From assembly GCA_965279305.1 (NCBI GenBank), contig OZ257143.1, forward strand, positions 1,080,001 through 1,112,000: a DNA stretch of 32,000 nt, given 5' to 3'. A program made the position numbers and the translations under genes. This document shows positions 18,301 through 25,036 of this stretch, one piece after another (position 1 is the stretch's first letter; each line of letters opens with the position of its first letter). Below the pieces are notes generated by a model, which ran no database searches, was not told the origin of the DNA, and worked only from the letters and a program-made list of their open reading frames with translations. Source of the DNA: Gammaproteobacteria bacterium (GTDB taxonomy: Bacteria > Pseudomonadota > Gammaproteobacteria > JBIOEC01).

Positions 18301-18662
18301 ATGTGACAGTGTTGCCTATACCTGAGGAAAATGTTTCTTTATTAGAATATTTAGATAAAACTCAGCCTAGCGGAAAAGTACCTGAAGCCGAATGTGGTGG
18401 TAAAGGAAATTGCGCTACTTGTGGGGTAGATGTGCTTGAAATAGAAGACTTAGGTGGATTGTTGAGTCATCGAAAAGAGCAGGGAAGAGATGTTGGGCCT
18501 GAGGGTGAAAGAAGAAGATTGTCTTGTTTGCATCAGACAGATGAGTTTACAGGTCAAGGTGCAAAAGTAAGAATAGTGAAACCGCAGAATGCGCCAGCAC
18601 CTGCTGCCTCGAACGCGCCAGACCCCGGTCCAAAACCTCTATCTGTTGCCTCTATGCAGTGA
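12315..18662 (+). CDS. giant multidomain flavo-iron-sulfur protein: circularly permuted glutamate synthase large-subunit homolog fused to an adrenodoxin-reductase-like domain and a [2Fe-2S] ferredoxin domain
   Basis: Uninterrupted 2115-aa ORF with a good SD. Domains N to C: the GltS FMN domain (SNSGEGGE at nt 12633, SPPPHHDLYSVEEL, GGGTGAAP, Cys322-x5-Cys328-x4-Cys333 at 13278-13313). Next the GXGXG domain (VRNSGAIAVAE, GDCGANYMTGG, GSGMTGGHVF) and a Pro-rich linker. Then the class-II amidotransferase domain starting CGVGTF (Cys742, nt 14538) with HRGA, HARFSTNT and NNGE. Then the GltS central domain (VAQITNPPLDRKREG). Then an AdR/FprA-type reductase (ILGGGAAG, FGLVKDGVAPDH, GNGNVAGDIARI, SGWV). 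Last, an Adx-type ferredoxin (C2027-x5-C-x2-C-x34-C2071). Confidence 0.85.
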   Translation: MPTIRSEGGVAVAPAPAHLTLAYETTLPTEQPTTLAAPDRIREMFDKLTPSQKEALKSIVIGAMSFGSLGLEAHKAIAKDINTLAMLLHGVTTMAELLAKGRAYPMSNSGEGGELPSRLGTDEQSRMVQIASGHFGVTIEYVANASGIQIKINQAAKPGLGGELLAVKVTPEIAAARLVPQGIDLKSPPPHHDLYSVEELKQLILELRIANPNAFISVKLAAQEGIGIIAAALVKCGADDICIAGKGGGTGAAPTDALYNFARPWETALAEVHQTLIANGIRDRVTLTVSGGIQTGFDLFLAKLLGADLGEIGTPALVALGCVMARVCHDGTCPKGIATNNPDYTSKFEGKYGDVAQMLVNLATSYDDHLQEYGLTTESARGRTDLLRVKEGAPFTNLEMLLLQPENPYKSFTAPVRIDPVSTTEQYAIEQILQGKTDIVIDGNNTNTLGFGARIGYHSVKTAEFQDAFVNPVTITFNGLAVGSGFGTFAPAGLTLVARNANDGAAKSLSGADVVCTQSIGNQAGLGATSGRIFAPVWGDRPLVRNSGAIAVAERIGDCGANYMTGGSLTILGDTLDYPITFTHGNTSSPMKFRSDRVGPNFGSGMTGGHVFMPRHLYEELLRKNHLEAAFANVQLQHLNETDAAELAALVKDYLTHNSSDWVKELVEQENFSQFFIKLDPRVLKPVLQPASVEPVKSPDLLPVPEIVVRPPSAVPGQDTETSTTASLDNLSVPPRDEQDACGVGTFINLKGESSRTVTDNALTMLERMMHRGASGVDKDTGDGCGIVWYGLEEFFQAVFPDLNPRGIRLERGAYSVIPISIGDDTSYSVRRVLNELLIKEDLHIASERDVHTAKPTENDPIFLGTIGASQEKGVKQYLVLKPVWMNQEEFEKRLIRVRLLFELDPKTQAKENRPHIYSASSYNVIYKSLVLESRFRKYFDDFLNPLFKASAAVSHARFSTNTKPVGKNIQPTPNVANNGENNNIVQLMRQIMYNPLFAKLLGIERIDISGLSDSHIMSIGMDFFRLLGFSAEEIAALTIQAYNPNDPALSQFYNLFGNPFEGPNASIMIIGDKIIVVRDLNGFRPQRGIRNKEFFYSGSEIGPVDEPFQMEGELFDIPPGKPVVIDLKTGTVTIDPFQSFAPALAEKLKALEAHLSADEMPAALVFSQEDLSVRKLRAGWDAQIDRKFMQPLFNGGKGSISSMGDQGPDEASVSGGLLVLGNAILGNVAQITNPPLDRKREGAYMQTITFVGKKPALEGLRSNDIEGVTLPSPIISNEQMALLQNDSRLRSEVIDITIPLNKVKGGLEAAIKNVVLHVLQLVRSGATFITLSDLNVDNEHAAIPPLLVASRVDQALLEAGLRRNVSIGLQAASVLTVRDVAQAISIGGVDLVNPYLPLTPTSQEEFASPEFKRRSKEYIKQLTLGLQDNAARMGISSISAYRGTKVFSGYGLSDDIAKMLGIPSILGGIGLSDVENMVVNTHCYPNPEGNGKYEGGSEQRLDIWGDGVAADAARIISGKSKTTWSDMEAKMQARQNAPRNFLYLVQPKVWTAKNPMTVCILGGGAAGFFQARTLLDSGLPVNIVIIEKNARNQFGLVKDGVAPDHDATKSRSELLHSVLDDPRVKYWGGIEVGEEGDNSVSFAHLQKTYPCIVDCRGASVDNKLGVQGENTPYVIPASVVYKSYNGAVDLDAEGHKDWWLTPQSRNLTVGIIGNGNVAGDIARIFLADPQKLAQTSIHPIFLNSLKKDAPQVVRVFARGNAHETKIDLHQLKALETLGIQISVSMPALKEGQQLTDEQRALYSFFAQYKDKKYPPSSKKTLHFHFGMTPQKFEAGQKEVTGFFTDSSGNIIAFDARNFITAIGTKRLSDIQRTPYASGWVAGQGGTLDKAEDSAQATTDIIVKDFNAGKFHNTLRPPVKQHWHKLAQVTNGMFLNILAYVASGGRIDTQDGLEKAKAYSRGNGSSAKLKVAPQPVPAPAADVDRNTIRVEDKDGNVTVLPIPEENVSLLEYLDKTQPSGKVPEAECGGKGNCATCGVDVLEIEDLGGLLSHRKEQGRDVGPEGERRRLSCLHQTDEFTGQGAKVRIVKPQNAPAPAASNAPDPGPKPLSVASMQ

Positions 18663-18664
18663 TA

Positions 18665-18790
18665 GCGTCATTGCGAGCATCCGTTTCGGATGCGTGGCAA
18701 TCTATATCAAATAAGTCGTGGCTATTTTGACATGGATTGCCACGTGCTCGAAGCGAGCACTCGCAATGACGGCTCATTTGCAATGACGGA
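18665..18790. repeat. nested palindromic (MITE/REP-like) element between the convergent 2115-aa ORF and tpx; possible bidirectional terminator
   Basis: Outer stem CGTCATTGCGAG (18666-18677) pairs with CTCGCAATGACG (18760-18771). Inner stem GTGGCAATC (18694-18702) pairs with GATTGCCAC (18735-18743). Two side hairpins are GCATCCG-TTT-CGGATGC (18777-18793) and GTGCTCG-AAG-CGAGCAC (18744-18760). A 12-nt partial direct copy TTGCAATGACGG (18778-18789) follows TCGCAATGACGG (18761-18772). Confidence 0.7.
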
Positions 18791-18797
18791 TAGGAAA

Positions 18798-19298
18798 TTA
18801 TCTCGCAGCTGCTAAAGCAGCATCGTAATTAGGTTCGTGTGCAATTTCTGGCACTTGTTCGGTGTAAATCACATTACCTTGACCGTTAATAATCACCACT
18901 GCGCGTGAAAATAAACCGGCTAATTTACCATCGGTAATTTCTACACCATAGTTTTCACCAAATTCATGGTTGCGAAACGCTGAAACGGGAATAACATTAT
19001 CTAAACCTTCTGCACCACAGAAACGATTTTGCGCAAACGGTAAATCCATAGACACACATAATACTTTTGCGTTATGCAATTCATTGGCTTTGCTATTAAA
19101 TGTGCGCACAGAAGTCGCGCAAGTAGGGGTGTCTAAGCTAGGGAAAATATTTAAAATAACGGTTTTGCCCGCAAAGTCTTTTAGACTTACTTCGCTTAAA
19201 TCAGTTTTGGTTAATTTAAAATCGGGAGCTGCCGTTCCTTTTTCAGGTAAGTCAGCAAATGTGTGTAGTGGATTTCCTTGCAGTGTTACTGTAGCCAT
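18798..19298 (-). CDS. tpx: thiol peroxidase (atypical 2-Cys peroxiredoxin)
   Basis: 166 aa with APDFKLT, the peroxidatic Cys motif [12 protein letters not shown], the resolving Cys in [13 protein letters not shown], and RAVVIIN. Confidence 0.92.
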   Translation of the reverse strand: MATVTLQGNPLHTFADLPEKGTAAPDFKLTKTDLSEVSLKDFAGKTVILNIFPSLDTPTCATSVRTFNSKANELHNAKVLCVSMDLPFAQNRFCGAEGLDNVIPVSAFRNHEFGENYGVEITDGKLAGLFSRAVVIINGQGNVIYTEQVPEIAHEPNYDAALAAAR

Positions 19299-19312
19299 CG
19301 AGTATCTCCTTG

Positions 19313-20734
<1,422 letters not shown>

Positions 20735-20751
20735 TTATATCATGTTTTCTG

Positions 20752-20781
20752 TTGACAGTGGTAGGAGGGGATCTCTATAAT
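20752..20781 (+). promoter_or_regulatory. consensus sigma70 promoter of the tRNA-Ala/tRNA-Glu unit
   Basis: TTGACA (20752-20757), an 18-nt spacer, then TATAAT (20776-20781), 13 nt before the mature tRNA-Ala 5' end. Confidence 0.55.
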
Positions 20782-20794
20782 AGCCCGTTCTTCT

Positions 20795-20870
20795 GGGGCT
20801 ATAGCTCAGCTGGTAGAGCACTTGCATGGCATGCAAGGGGTCAGCGGTTCGATCCCGCTTAGCTCCACCA
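20795..20870 (+). tRNA. tRNA-Ala (anticodon GGC)
   Basis: 76 nt: GGGGCTA/TAGCTCC acceptor stem, anticodon stem CTTGC/GCAAG, loop ATGGCAT, T-arm AGCGG-TTCGATC-CCGCT, encoded CCA. Nearly identical to my recollection of E. coli tRNA-Ala(GGC). Confidence 0.97.
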
Positions 20871-20900
20871 TGTGGCTTTGAGATAGCTCAGAAAATATGT

Positions 20901-20976
20901 GTCCCCATCGTCTAGAGGCCTAGGACATTGCCCTTTCACGGCAGTAACAGGGGTTCGAATCCCCTTGGGGACGCCA
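20901..20976 (+). tRNA. tRNA-Glu (anticodon UUC)
   Basis: 76 nt: GTCCCCA/TGGGGAC acceptor stem, anticodon loop CTTTCAC, T-arm AGGGG-TTCGAAT-CCCCT, encoded CCA. Confidence 0.97.
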
Positions 20977-21022
20977 ATACTTAAAAAAAACTCCCCCATT
21001 TATGGGGGTTTTTTTTAAGTAT
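20977..21022 (+). terminator. rho-independent (bidirectional-looking) terminator after tRNA-Glu
   Basis: ATACTTAAAAAAAACTCCCCCA-TTTA-TGGGGGTTTTTTTTAAGTAT: a G/C core stem CCCCCA/TGGGGG flanked by an A8 tract on the 5' side and a T8 tract on the 3' side. Confidence 0.8.
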
Positions 21023-21040
21023 CGGTTTATCAATAGCGAT

Positions 21041-21133
21041 TCGAACTTTAGTTCGACCAAATTGCCAGGAGCAATTTGGAACGCACGAAGTGCGGCCCCG
21101 AATGAAATGAGGGGCGAGGCGCAGGGATGCGCC
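21041..21133. repeat. run of five short hairpins between the tRNA-Glu terminator and the duplicated tRNA 3' segment
   Basis: The hairpins are TCGAACT-TT-AGTTCGA (21041-21056), CCAAATTGC-CAGGA-GCAATTTGG (21057-21079), CGCAC-GAA-GTGCG (21082-21094), GCCCC-N11-GGGGC (21095-21115) and GGCGCA-GGGA-TGCGCC (21118-21133). Confidence 0.55.
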
Positions 21134-21137
21134 GAGT

Positions 21138-21152
21138 AATCCCCTTGGGGAC
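21138..21152 (+). repeat. 15-bp perfect direct repeat of the tRNA-Glu T-arm/acceptor 3' segment (att-like scar)
   Basis: AATCCCCTTGGGGAC at 21138-21152 is identical to 20958-20972 inside tRNA-Glu. The second copy has no CCA and no upstream tRNA body. Confidence 0.8.
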
Positions 21153-21186
21153 ACTACTTTATTGGGCTTTTTTAACAGGTGTACCT

Positions 21187-21681
21187 ATGCAAGAAATTAT
21201 CGCTATCGAGACCTTAAGAAATGCTTTTCGCCCAATAGAGCAATTTAAAGCAGAGCATACTACGTTCAATATGCTGACTTTTCATAGTGCTGCTCGAAAT
21301 GCTTTGCTAGCTATGGAGATCGCCACTCGAATAATGACAGATAGTAATGTGCTAGGTAGGATGGAACCACACTTTCAGCAGGCATTTTATCTTTCCAATA
21401 GTGGTATGCTCTTCACTATTATTGCTTTCCGTTTTCATTCTCTGATAGGGCAACTGGGTGATGATAAGAAAGCAGAGCTTTCAGAGGATTCTATTAAAGC
21501 AGAAGCGGCTACTCGCTTCTCTCATATATCTACCCTGCAGCAACTACTGAACAGTCCAGACTCACCTTATTTTAGGGCGATAGAGCATTTTACTACCCTT
21601 AAAAATGCACAACTTGCTGTTACACCTCCTAGCGTGCCGCCTGCACCAGCACGTGGACCTTCAGTTGCTCCTGCTGCATAA
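21187..21681 (+). CDS. orphan hypothetical protein with a Pro/Ala-rich C-terminal tail
   Basis: The ORF track gives 21127-21681, but its first 20 codons overlap the hairpin run and the tRNA-derived repeat. The internal ATG at 21187 has an AGGTG SD (21177-21181) 5 nt upstream, giving 164 aa (MQEIIAIETLRN...). I recognise no family. The tail is TPPSVPPAPARGPSVAPAA. A terminator follows. Confidence 0.55.
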   Translation: MQEIIAIETLRNAFRPIEQFKAEHTTFNMLTFHSAARNALLAMEIATRIMTDSNVLGRMEPHFQQAFYLSNSGMLFTIIAFRFHSLIGQLGDDKKAELSEDSIKAEAATRFSHISTLQQLLNSPDSPYFRAIEHFTTLKNAQLAVTPPSVPPAPARGPSVAPAA

Positions 21682-21682
21682 G

Positions 21683-21712
21683 ACACCCCTCTAGCGCAGA
21701 GGGGGTGTTTTG
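21683..21712 (+). terminator. rho-independent terminator after the orphan ORF
   Basis: ACACCCCTCT-AGCGC-AGAGGGGGTGT followed by TTTT, starting 2 nt after the TAA stop. Confidence 0.7.
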
Positions 21713-21757
21713 GTATAAAATAGTGCCCTAGCGTTGGGCTTATTCTTCGTATTGAGC

Positions 21758-21907
21758 TTGGCATCATAAAAACACACTTATATCAATCAAACCGCCTTCT
21801 GGGTGCCTGGCTCTTGTTCAATCAAGGCTGGTCGAAAAGCGGGGATATAGGTAGGCTTAACCCGGTAGGCATGGTTTATCCATCCTACGAACACGTGGAG
21901 TTTGAAA
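21758..21907 (+). promoter_or_regulatory. candidate rpsB promoter plus GC-enriched 5' leader (possible S2 autoregulatory leader)
   Basis: TTGGCA (21758-21763), a 17-nt spacer, then TATCAA (21781-21786). This is followed by a ~115-nt leader that is visibly more GC-rich than other intergenic DNA here. It carries a GGTAGGC direct repeat and a GTAGG...CCTAC stem just before the SD GGAG (21897-21900). S2 autoregulation through the rpsB leader is known in gammaproteobacteria; homology here is not verified. Confidence 0.3.
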
Positions 21908-22762
21908 ATGACAGTATCTATTCGTGACATGTTATCTGCGGGCGTCCATTTCGGACACCAAACACGGTTTTGGAACCCAAAGATGAAAGAATACATTTTT
22001 GGCGTTCGTTCAAAAATTCATATTATTGACCTAGATAAAACAGCGCCTTTATTTAACGATGCGCTAAACGTAATGAGCAAAATTGCCAGCAAAAAAGGCA
22101 AGATTTTATTTGTAGGTACCAAAAGAGCAGCAAGCGAAGCAGTTCGTGAACAAGCACAACGTTGCGGTATGCCTTATGTGGATCATCGCTGGTTGGGTGG
22201 TACATTAACCAATTACAAAACCGTTCGTCGTTCTATTCAGCGCTTGAAAGATATTCAAGAAATGCGCAGCAGCTCAGTGGCTCAGCATATTAGCAAAAAA
22301 GAACGCTTAACCATGGATCGCGAACTTGAAAAATTAGAACGCAGCTTGGGCGGTATTAAAGATATGGGCGGTTTGCCTGACGCGATGTTTGTCATCGACG
22401 TTGGTTTTGAAAAAATCGCGATCAAAGAAGCACAGCGTTTAAAAATTCCTGTGATCGGTATTGTTGATACCAACAATGATCCATCAGGAATTGATTATAT
22501 TATTCCGGGTAACGACGATGCTATTCGTGCGGTTACTTTTTACTTAAGCGCAGCAGCCGATACTATTATTGCTGCTCGTCAAGCCGCTGAACTAGAAACA
22601 GCTCCTGTTGCTGAAGAAGTGGCAATAGTGGAAGAAGAACCTGCCGCTAAAGCAAAAGTAAAAACACGTAAGAAAAAAGTAGCATCAGATGAAGCCGCTA
22701 GTGATAGCGAAGAAACTGGTAGCAACGAGAAAGGTTCTGAGTCTTCTGAAGACAAAGAATAA
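21908..22762 (+). CDS. rpsB: 30S ribosomal protein S2, with an acidic C-terminal extension
   Basis: [26 protein letters not shown] is the canonical S2 N-terminus. The ORF-track start at 21902 is a TTG two codons upstream. The ATG at 21908 lies 7 nt after GGAG. Confidence 0.95.
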   Translation: MTVSIRDMLSAGVHFGHQTRFWNPKMKEYIFGVRSKIHIIDLDKTAPLFNDALNVMSKIASKKGKILFVGTKRAASEAVREQAQRCGMPYVDHRWLGGTLTNYKTVRRSIQRLKDIQEMRSSSVAQHISKKERLTMDRELEKLERSLGGIKDMGGLPDAMFVIDVGFEKIAIKEAQRLKIPVIGIVDTNNDPSGIDYIIPGNDDAIRAVTFYLSAAADTIIAARQAAELETAPVAEEVAIVEEEPAAKAKVKTRKKKVASDEAASDSEETGSNEKGSESSEDKE

Positions 22763-22800
22763 TTCTAATCTTTAAAACCTTAACAGGTGGAGTATTATTT

Positions 22801-23679
22801 ATGGCAATTACTGCTGCAGAAGTAAATGAACTGCGTAAACGTACTGGCGCAGGTATGATGGAATGTAAAAAAGCCTTAGAAGCGGCTGGTGGCGATATTG
22901 AACAAGCGATCGACATGATGCGCAAAGCGGGTCAAGCGAAAGCAGATAAAAAAGCCGATCGTACAACAGCAGAAGGCGCAATTGTTTTAAAACAAACGCC
23001 TGAAGCGGTAGCGATGGTAGAAGTGAACTGCGAAACCGATTTCGTAGGTCGCGATACCCATTTCAGAGAATTTGCTGAAGCAGTAGCGGAATGTGCTTTG
23101 AAAAATCATTGCCAAGATGTAGAAAAATTAGCCGATTTAAAATTGGCTGATGGCCAAACAGTCGCTGAAGCTCGCGCCCATTTAATTGCTAAATTAGGTG
23201 AAAACATTAACGTACGTCGTATCGCTTATTTGGCGATTAAAGACGGTATCGTAGGTTCTTATGTACATGGCGGCAAAATTGGTGTGTTCGTTCACATTAA
23301 AGGTAATGACGCTACATTAGCTAAAGATTTAGCAATGCATATTGCTGCATCTAATCCTTTAGTAGTAAAACCTAGCGATTTACCTAAAGAGTTAATCGAA
23401 AGAGAGACCGAAATTTACAAAGCTCAAGCCATGGAAAGTGGAAAACCTGCTGATATTATCGAAAAAATGTTAAGCAGCAAGCTTAAGAAGTTTATGGATG
23501 AATCAAGCTTGGTAGGACAAATGTTTGTTAAAGATCCTAATGTTAAGATCGAAAACTTATTAAAGTCTGCCAATAGTGAAGTATTGGGCTTTACCCGTTT
23601 TGTATTGGGTGAAGGTATAGAAAGAAAAGTAGGAAATTTTGCCGAAGAAGTACGGGCGCAGGCATCAGGAGCCGCTTAA
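22801..23679 (+). CDS. tsf: elongation factor Ts
   Basis: 292 aa with the [18 protein letters not shown]-terminal motif and EVNCETDFV, directly downstream of rpsB. Confidence 0.95.
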   Translation: MAITAAEVNELRKRTGAGMMECKKALEAAGGDIEQAIDMMRKAGQAKADKKADRTTAEGAIVLKQTPEAVAMVEVNCETDFVGRDTHFREFAEAVAECALKNHCQDVEKLADLKLADGQTVAEARAHLIAKLGENINVRRIAYLAIKDGIVGSYVHGGKIGVFVHIKGNDATLAKDLAMHIAASNPLVVKPSDLPKELIERETEIYKAQAMESGKPADIIEKMLSSKLKKFMDESSLVGQMFVKDPNVKIENLLKSANSEVLGFTRFVLGEGIERKVGNFAEEVRAQASGAA

Positions 23680-24407
23680 TGTCAAAGGTCGTGTACCGTC
23701 GCATACTATTGAAACTCAGTGGTGAAGCGCTTACGGGCGTTGCTAGCAGCGGTATTGATCCTGACGTTCTTACTCGCATTAGCCAAGAAATTCAATCTGT
23801 TATTGATTTAGGCGTACAAGTTGGCGTTGTTATTGGCGGCGGCAATTTGTTTAGAGGTGCGGCTTTATCAGAAACCGGAATTGATCGCATTACTGCCGAT
23901 CATATGGGAATGCTAGCCACCGTGATTAATGCGTTAGCCATGCGTGATGTACTAGAGCGTATGAGCATTGGTACTCGTGTGATGTCGGCTATTTCCATGA
24001 GTGGCTTAGTAGATCATTTTGATCGTCGTAAAGCGCTACATCATTTAAGCGAACATCGCGTTGTTTTCTTTGCCGGTGGTACCGGAAATCCTTTAGTTAC
24101 TACCGATTCTGCTGCTAGTTTGCGCGCTATCGAAATAGGTGCAGACTTATTAATTAAAGCCACGAATGTTGATGGCATCTACGATGCTGATCCTGCTAAA
24201 CATCCCCATGCAAAACGTTATAAAGAATTATCGTTTGAAGAAGCACTAGATAAAGAATTGGGCATTATGGATCTCGCTGCTTTTTGCCAATGTCGTGATT
24301 ATCATATGCCTATCCGTGTATTTAATGTGAATAAAATAGGCGCTCTGAAACGAATAGTGCAGGGCGAAGACGAAGGAACATTAGTGATAGGAAACGATCC
24401 TAAATAA
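23679..24407 (+). CDS. pyrH: UMP kinase
   Basis: 242 aa with [22 protein letters not shown] and [12 protein letters not shown]. Its start overlaps the tsf stop (TAATG). Confidence 0.95.
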   Translation: MSKVVYRRILLKLSGEALTGVASSGIDPDVLTRISQEIQSVIDLGVQVGVVIGGGNLFRGAALSETGIDRITADHMGMLATVINALAMRDVLERMSIGTRVMSAISMSGLVDHFDRRKALHHLSEHRVVFFAGGTGNPLVTTDSAASLRAIEIGADLLIKATNVDGIYDADPAKHPHAKRYKELSFEEALDKELGIMDLAAFCQCRDYHMPIRVFNVNKIGALKRIVQGEDEGTLVIGNDPK

Positions 24408-24423
24408 TAATAAGGAGTATCAC

Positions 24424-24984
24424 ATGACAGTATCTTCTACTACTCAAGAAGCTCAACAACGCATGCAAAAAGCAGTTGAAGCTGTTAAGCAAGAATTTGC
24501 AAAATTACGCAGTGGTCGTGCACATCCTAGTTTAATCGAACATATTATGGTGGATTACTACGGTACTCCCACTCCTATGAATCGTGTTGCTAATATTAAT
24601 ATCGAAGATTCTCGTACTCTTTTGGTAACTCCATGGGAAAAAAGTGTTGTAAAAGCTATTGAAAAAGCCATTATGACTGCTGATTTAGGTTTGAATCCTG
24701 CTACCACGGGTACTACTATTCGTGTTCCATTACCGGCATTAAATGAAGAACGCCGAAAAGAATTAGTAAAAATTGCGAGACAAGAAGCAGAAACCGCACG
24801 TGTGAATGTGCGAAATGTTCGTCGCGATGCTAATAATCAAATAAAAGAATTATTGAAAGCAAAAACTATCAGCGAAGATGAAGTACGTCGCGCTGAAGAT
24901 GCTATTCAAAAATTAACCGATAAAGTTATTGCAGAAGTAGATACATTGCTGGCATCAAAAGAAAAAGATTTGCTAGAGGTATAA
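24424..24984 (+). CDS. frr: ribosome recycling factor
   Basis: 186 aa with [43 protein letters not shown] and VRNVRRDAN. Confidence 0.95.
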   Translation: MTVSSTTQEAQQRMQKAVEAVKQEFAKLRSGRAHPSLIEHIMVDYYGTPTPMNRVANINIEDSRTLLVTPWEKSVVKAIEKAIMTADLGLNPATTGTTIRVPLPALNEERRKELVKIARQEAETARVNVRNVRRDANNQIKELLKAKTISEDEVRRAEDAIQKLTDKVIAEVDTLLASKEKDLLEV

Positions 24985-25036
24985 TCATTAGAGGTAGCAC
25001 CCTATTGTTTTTTAACCCTATTGCGATGGGCATAAT

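Noticed and set aside
12315-18662. Interpreting the 2115-aa ORF as an ordinary eukaryote-style fused NAD(P)H-GOGAT (alpha-beta fusion of similar length).
   Set aside because: The domain order is FMN-GXGXG before amidotransferase-central. The C-terminal reductase carries AdR/FprA motifs (GVAPDH, GNGNVA.D.ARI) plus a 2Fe-2S ferredoxin. It is not a GltD-like domain with N-terminal 4Fe-4S cysteines.
21082-21152. A third tRNA or pseudo-tRNA ending at the duplicated AATCCCCTTGGGGAC.
   Set aside because: Only the T-arm 3' half and the acceptor 3' strand are present. There is no matching 5' acceptor strand (GTCCCCA), D-arm or anticodon arm, and no CCA. AGGGG...CCCCT pairing would require a 26-nt loop.
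21127-21186. ORF-track start (ATG 21127) for the orphan protein, giving 184 aa.
   Set aside because: The first 20 codons (MRRVIPLGTLLYWAFLTGVP) are read straight through the GC hairpin and the tRNA-derived repeat and have no SD. The ATG at 21187 has an AGGTG SD at ideal spacing. The longer form cannot be fully excluded.
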